Shown here one piece after another: positions 61,217-64,000 of a stretch of DNA of 64,000 nucleotides. The notes beneath the pieces are model-generated. The model made no database searches and was not told the DNA's origin. It was given only the letters and a program-made list of their open reading frames with translations. A program made the position numbers and the translations under genes. The stretch spans positions 32,001-96,000 of the forward strand of contig JBBIMI010000001.1 of assembly GCA_037444485.1 (NCBI GenBank). The letters are read 5' to 3'. The stretch comes from Candidatus Micrarchaeota archaeon. Its GTDB lineage: Archaea; Micrarchaeota; Micrarchaeia; Norongarragalinales; Norongarragalinaceae. Every line of letters begins with the position of its first letter. The first letter of the stretch is position 1.

Positions 61217-61804
61217 ATGCGTTTGATTGAAGCGATGCACATCACGATTTCTGTTCTCACGATTACGCTCGCTTTTTGGTTCTTGTGGTCTGACGTGCGG
61301 CTGGGCTCTACGCCGAACGCGCTTGACCCTGCCCTCTTTGCAGTAGTTTTTTTGACGATAGGGCTCGGCTTTATTTTGCATGAACTCGCGCACAAGTACG
61401 TTTCCTTGCATTACGGAGTGCACGCGGAGTACCGCGCTTGGACTCTCGGCTTGTTTCTCGCAATAGTTCTCGCTGTCACAGTCGGCTTTATTTTCGCCGC
61501 GCCTGGCGCGGTTTACATTCTCGGGCGAGTGAATAGAAAGCAGAATGCGATGATTTCGCTTGCGGGCCCAACCATGAACTTGGTTCTCGCAGTTGTTTTC
61601 GTCGCGTTGCTGCCTTTCTTAGGTTGGGTTTCCGTGATTGGCGCGCAAGTAAACTTGTGGCTCGGCTTGTTTAACATGATTCCGTTTTTTCCTTTCGACG
61701 GGCAGAAGGTTGCTTCTTGGGACTGGCGGGTTTGGTTGAGTGTATTCGTGGTTTTCATCTTGTTTTTCTTTAGTCTCGTGTTTACGCCTACACCGAGTTT
61801 CTAG
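61217..61804 (+). CDS. Site-2 protease (M50) family
   Basis: HELAH, AGP..N, FNMIPFFPFDG. Confidence 0.9.
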   Translation: MRLIEAMHITISVLTITLAFWFLWSDVRLGSTPNALDPALFAVVFLTIGLGFILHELAHKYVSLHYGVHAEYRAWTLGLFLAIVLAVTVGFIFAAPGAVYILGRVNRKQNAMISLAGPTMNLVLAVVFVALLPFLGWVSVIGAQVNLWLGLFNMIPFFPFDGQKVASWDWRVWLSVFVVFILFFFSLVFTPTPSF

Positions 61805-61874
61805 TTTCTCTATTTTTTTAGAGTTTTTCAGGGTTTCTCGCAGGTTTTAAAAGCGTTCGCAACGTAACAAATTC

Positions 61875-62084
61875 ATGAAACTGTTGGACGACGTGAAGGC
61901 TTTCCTGCGTGAAGACCGCGCGCAAGTGAGCGCTGAACTGATTATTGTGATTGCGGCTTTGATCGCCGTCGCGATAGTCTTGATTACGCAGTTACAGAAC
62001 ACCGCTAAGAAGGGCAGCAAGGTTCTTGCGCAGGAAACAGACAAGGCATTCAAGGAAATAAGTCAAACCGTGAATTCGTCTTAA
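61875..62084 (+). CDS. Class III signal peptide pilin-like protein
   Basis: RAQ-VSAELIIVIAALIAVAIVLI. Confidence 0.85.
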   Translation: MKLLDDVKAFLREDRAQVSAELIIVIAALIAVAIVLITQLQNTAKKGSKVLAQETDKAFKEISQTVNSS

Positions 62085-62111
62085 TTGCTTTAAGCTGCGC
62101 TGGTAAGAACC

Positions 62112-62552
62112 TTGTTTGCATTGCGCGGGCAAGCTAGTTTGGAAACCTTGATTGTTTTAAGCGCGTTGTTCGCTTTCCTACTCGCCTTCATTCCAGTAGT
62201 AATTCAAGCTCGCGAGTTGATCGAATTCGCGAAGACCGCTGGCCAAGCACAGGTTTTCGCGGAAAGGCTTTCGTCGGACTTGAAGCAAGCGCAGTTGCTA
62301 GGCGGCGGGAACGCGCGCGAATGGGTTTTTTCCCTAACCGGCGGCGAGATGGCCGTCTCCCTCGTTTCTTCCGCCTCGGACGCGAGCATTCTAGTAGTAA
62401 CTTCTTCTTACGCTGGCCATTCAAAAAAAATCGAGAGGACGCTGGGTTTTCCGGCTTCAGTCGCCGGCGAAACGCGGTTGACTGCCGGGAGTTTTATTGT
62501 TCGCGTAAAAAATGATGCGGGACGCGTTGAAGCAGAAATCTTAAAGCGTTAA
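62112..62552 (+). CDS. Pilin-like protein
   Basis: RGQ-ASLETLIVLSALFAFLL. Confidence 0.8.
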   Translation: MFALRGQASLETLIVLSALFAFLLAFIPVVIQARELIEFAKTAGQAQVFAERLSSDLKQAQLLGGGNAREWVFSLTGGEMAVSLVSSASDASILVVTSSYAGHSKKIERTLGFPASVAGETRLTAGSFIVRVKNDAGRVEAEILKR

Positions 62553-62571
62553 CAAGCGTTAACGCCGCCGC

Positions 62572-62599
62572 GCCTGCAAGCGCGGGCGCGCTTGCAGGC
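62572..62599. terminator. Perfect GC-rich hairpin between convergent pilin genes
   Basis: GCCTGCAAGCGCG-GG-CGCGCTTGCAGGC. Confidence 0.55.
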
Positions 62600-62687
62600 A
62601 AGTAGGTTGCTGTGGGATGGTCGTTGGTAGGTGAGTTGTTGGAAGCAGGTTGTTGTGTTGGAAGCGTATTTTCTAGATTTCTAGAAA

Positions 62688-63113
62688 TTACTTGAAGTAA
62701 GTAGTGCCTTTTAGTTTCACGAACTCGTTTTTGTGGTAGTCGAACGCGATTGCTTGCGCGCTCACGTAATTCTTTGTCTTGAGGCAGTTGTTTGACTCGA
62801 GCTTCTCGCCTTCAGCTTCTAAAACAAAGCAAGCTGCGCCAGTTTGTTTTAGTAACGCGTCGAATAAGGTTTGCAGTCTTTCTTTCGCTTGCAGGTTTCC
62901 ATTCATGAACTCTACGAGCAGTTCGTTGGTCGCCGAGTTTTTCGTCGTTGTTTCAAGAAAATCTTGTGTTAACTGCAGTTGGTAAACGCGTGCGTAAGAA
63001 AACTCTTCTTGGACTGGAGCGCGGAAGAACGTAATCAACGCAACTGCTGTCAACAACGTTAATAATGCTTCAAGAGAAAAAACAATGCCGCGCAGTTTTC
63101 TTTCCTTAATCAT
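62688..63113 (-). CDS. Pilin-like protein
   Basis: RG-IVFSLEALLTLL class III-like N-terminus. Confidence 0.75.
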   Translation of the reverse strand: MIKERKLRGIVFSLEALLTLLTAVALITFFRAPVQEEFSYARVYQLQLTQDFLETTTKNSATNELLVEFMNGNLQAKERLQTLFDALLKQTGAACFVLEAEGEKLESNNCLKTKNYVSAQAIAFDYHKNEFVKLKGTTYFK

Positions 63114-63597
63114 TCACACCGCCTTCCACAAACACGCAAGCCCGCAGCACTACGACTTCGTCTTCGAAAAAAGCAGGCCTCGAAACGCAGAATGCGTTTG
63201 CGCTCGCGCTCGCATTCGCGCTTGAATTCGCGCTTGCATCAGCGCTTGCTGCCGGCATTCCGCGCGTTTGCAGCACTCGCCCGTCAAGGCTGCGGAGTTC
63301 AAAACCAAACCCGTTTCTCAAAACGATTTCTTGGACCGCGCGCGAGTCTATTTCCTTGACGCGGACGAGGGTTTTCTCGCATTCGGCTATCCCGTCAGGC
63401 AAACAGTTTTTCAAGAGCAAGTCCGCAAAGTAAACCGCTTTTTTTTCGAAAAAAGTGTTTTGGGAAACGCTGGCGAACGCAGCCGCGTTCATTTGAAAGG
63501 AAAACACTATCGCAGTCAACGTGATTACTGTCAGTAAAGCTGCTATCAACACGTCGAGGAAAAAGCTTGCTTTCCTGCGTTTTGGGTTTGCCTTCAT
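63106..63597 (-). CDS. Pilin-like protein
   Basis: RRKA-SFFLDVLIAALL class III-like N-terminus. Confidence 0.7.
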   Translation of the reverse strand: MKANPKRRKASFFLDVLIAALLTVITLTAIVFSFQMNAAAFASVSQNTFFEKKAVYFADLLLKNCLPDGIAECEKTLVRVKEIDSRAVQEIVLRNGFGFELRSLDGRVLQTRGMPAASADASANSSANASASANAFCVSRPAFFEDEVVVLRACVFVEGGVND

Positions 63598-63629
63598 GTA
63601 GGATTCCTTGTCGTGTAGGATTCCTTGTT

Positions 63630-64000
63630 TTATGTTGGTTCGAACTCGTTTTGTTCGACTTCAAGGTTTTCGAGCGAGCGGATGCTCGCGTGACACGTCG
63701 CGCTTGCTGAAACACTGTTTTTACTAAGCACTAGTTCGCGTCCGCCGCCGCTTAACGAGAGGTTTTCCGCGCCAGCTTGCGTGAAGTCAAGCGGAAACGC
63801 GGTGTTGCGCCCATCTAACGCGAAGTAATCGATTAGAAAACAAAGCGCTTCAGCGCTTTGCTTCAGCGACTGCGTCGAGAAAACGTTTTCCGCGTTTTTT
63901 CTCGCTTGTGCGGCGAATGAAGTGAATGCTATTACTAACGCGAGGAAGGCTGCGAGCAAAGTGATGAATTCTAACAGCGTTTGCGCCCTGCGTTTTTCTC
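63630..64000 (-). CDS. Pilin-like protein (start at or beyond the window edge)
   Basis: Frame continues upstream as EKRRAQ-TLLEFITLLAAFLALV. Confidence 0.7.
   Translation of the reverse strand, partial: EKRRAQTLLEFITLLAAFLALVIAFTSFAAQARKNAENVFSTQSLKQSAEALCFLIDYFALDGRNTAFPLDFTQAGAENLSLSGGGRELVLSKNSVSASATCHASIRSLENLEVEQNEFEPT

Overview
This is a 64 kb stretch of an archaeal chromosome. The archaeal call rests on S3Ae/S15/L24e/S28e/L7Ae, Rpo6, TFE, aTrm56, a histone, Lhr, Nre, Cdc48/VAT, class III signal-peptide pilins and intron-containing tRNAs. A DPANN-type (Micrarchaeota/Diapherotrites-like) origin is my inference and is not proven. The highlights are as follows. (1) 8.1-11.8 kb is a compact eukaryote-like ubiquitin locus: an E2 with an HPN/Cys active site, a GG-terminated ubiquitin-like protein, an Rpn11-like JAMM protease, a winged-helix plus C4HC3 RING-type protein, an E1, and one unknown ORF. 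(2) The RNase HII gene is interrupted inside its DEAGR-GP catalytic motif by a 31-nt hairpin that folds as a relaxed bulge-helix-bulge. Removing it restores the frame exactly, making it a candidate protein-coding-gene intron. (3) The initiator tRNA-Met carries two BHB introns at non-canonical positions (9/10 and 43/44), and tRNA-Lys(CUU) has a canonical intron. (4) A complete classical-type mevalonate pathway (thiolase/DUF35/HMGS, class II HMGR, MVK, ERG8-type PMK, MDD, IDI1-like) spans 12.6-31.3 kb, with a HAD and two HD proteins inserted. Also present are a solo Cas4-like nuclease, an HD pseudogene, a truncated NFACT protein, two PRC-barrel proteins, a pilin cluster and many short tandem duplications at gene boundaries. 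No CRISPR array, rRNA or transposase was seen. All calls are by eye from motifs; no database searches were run.
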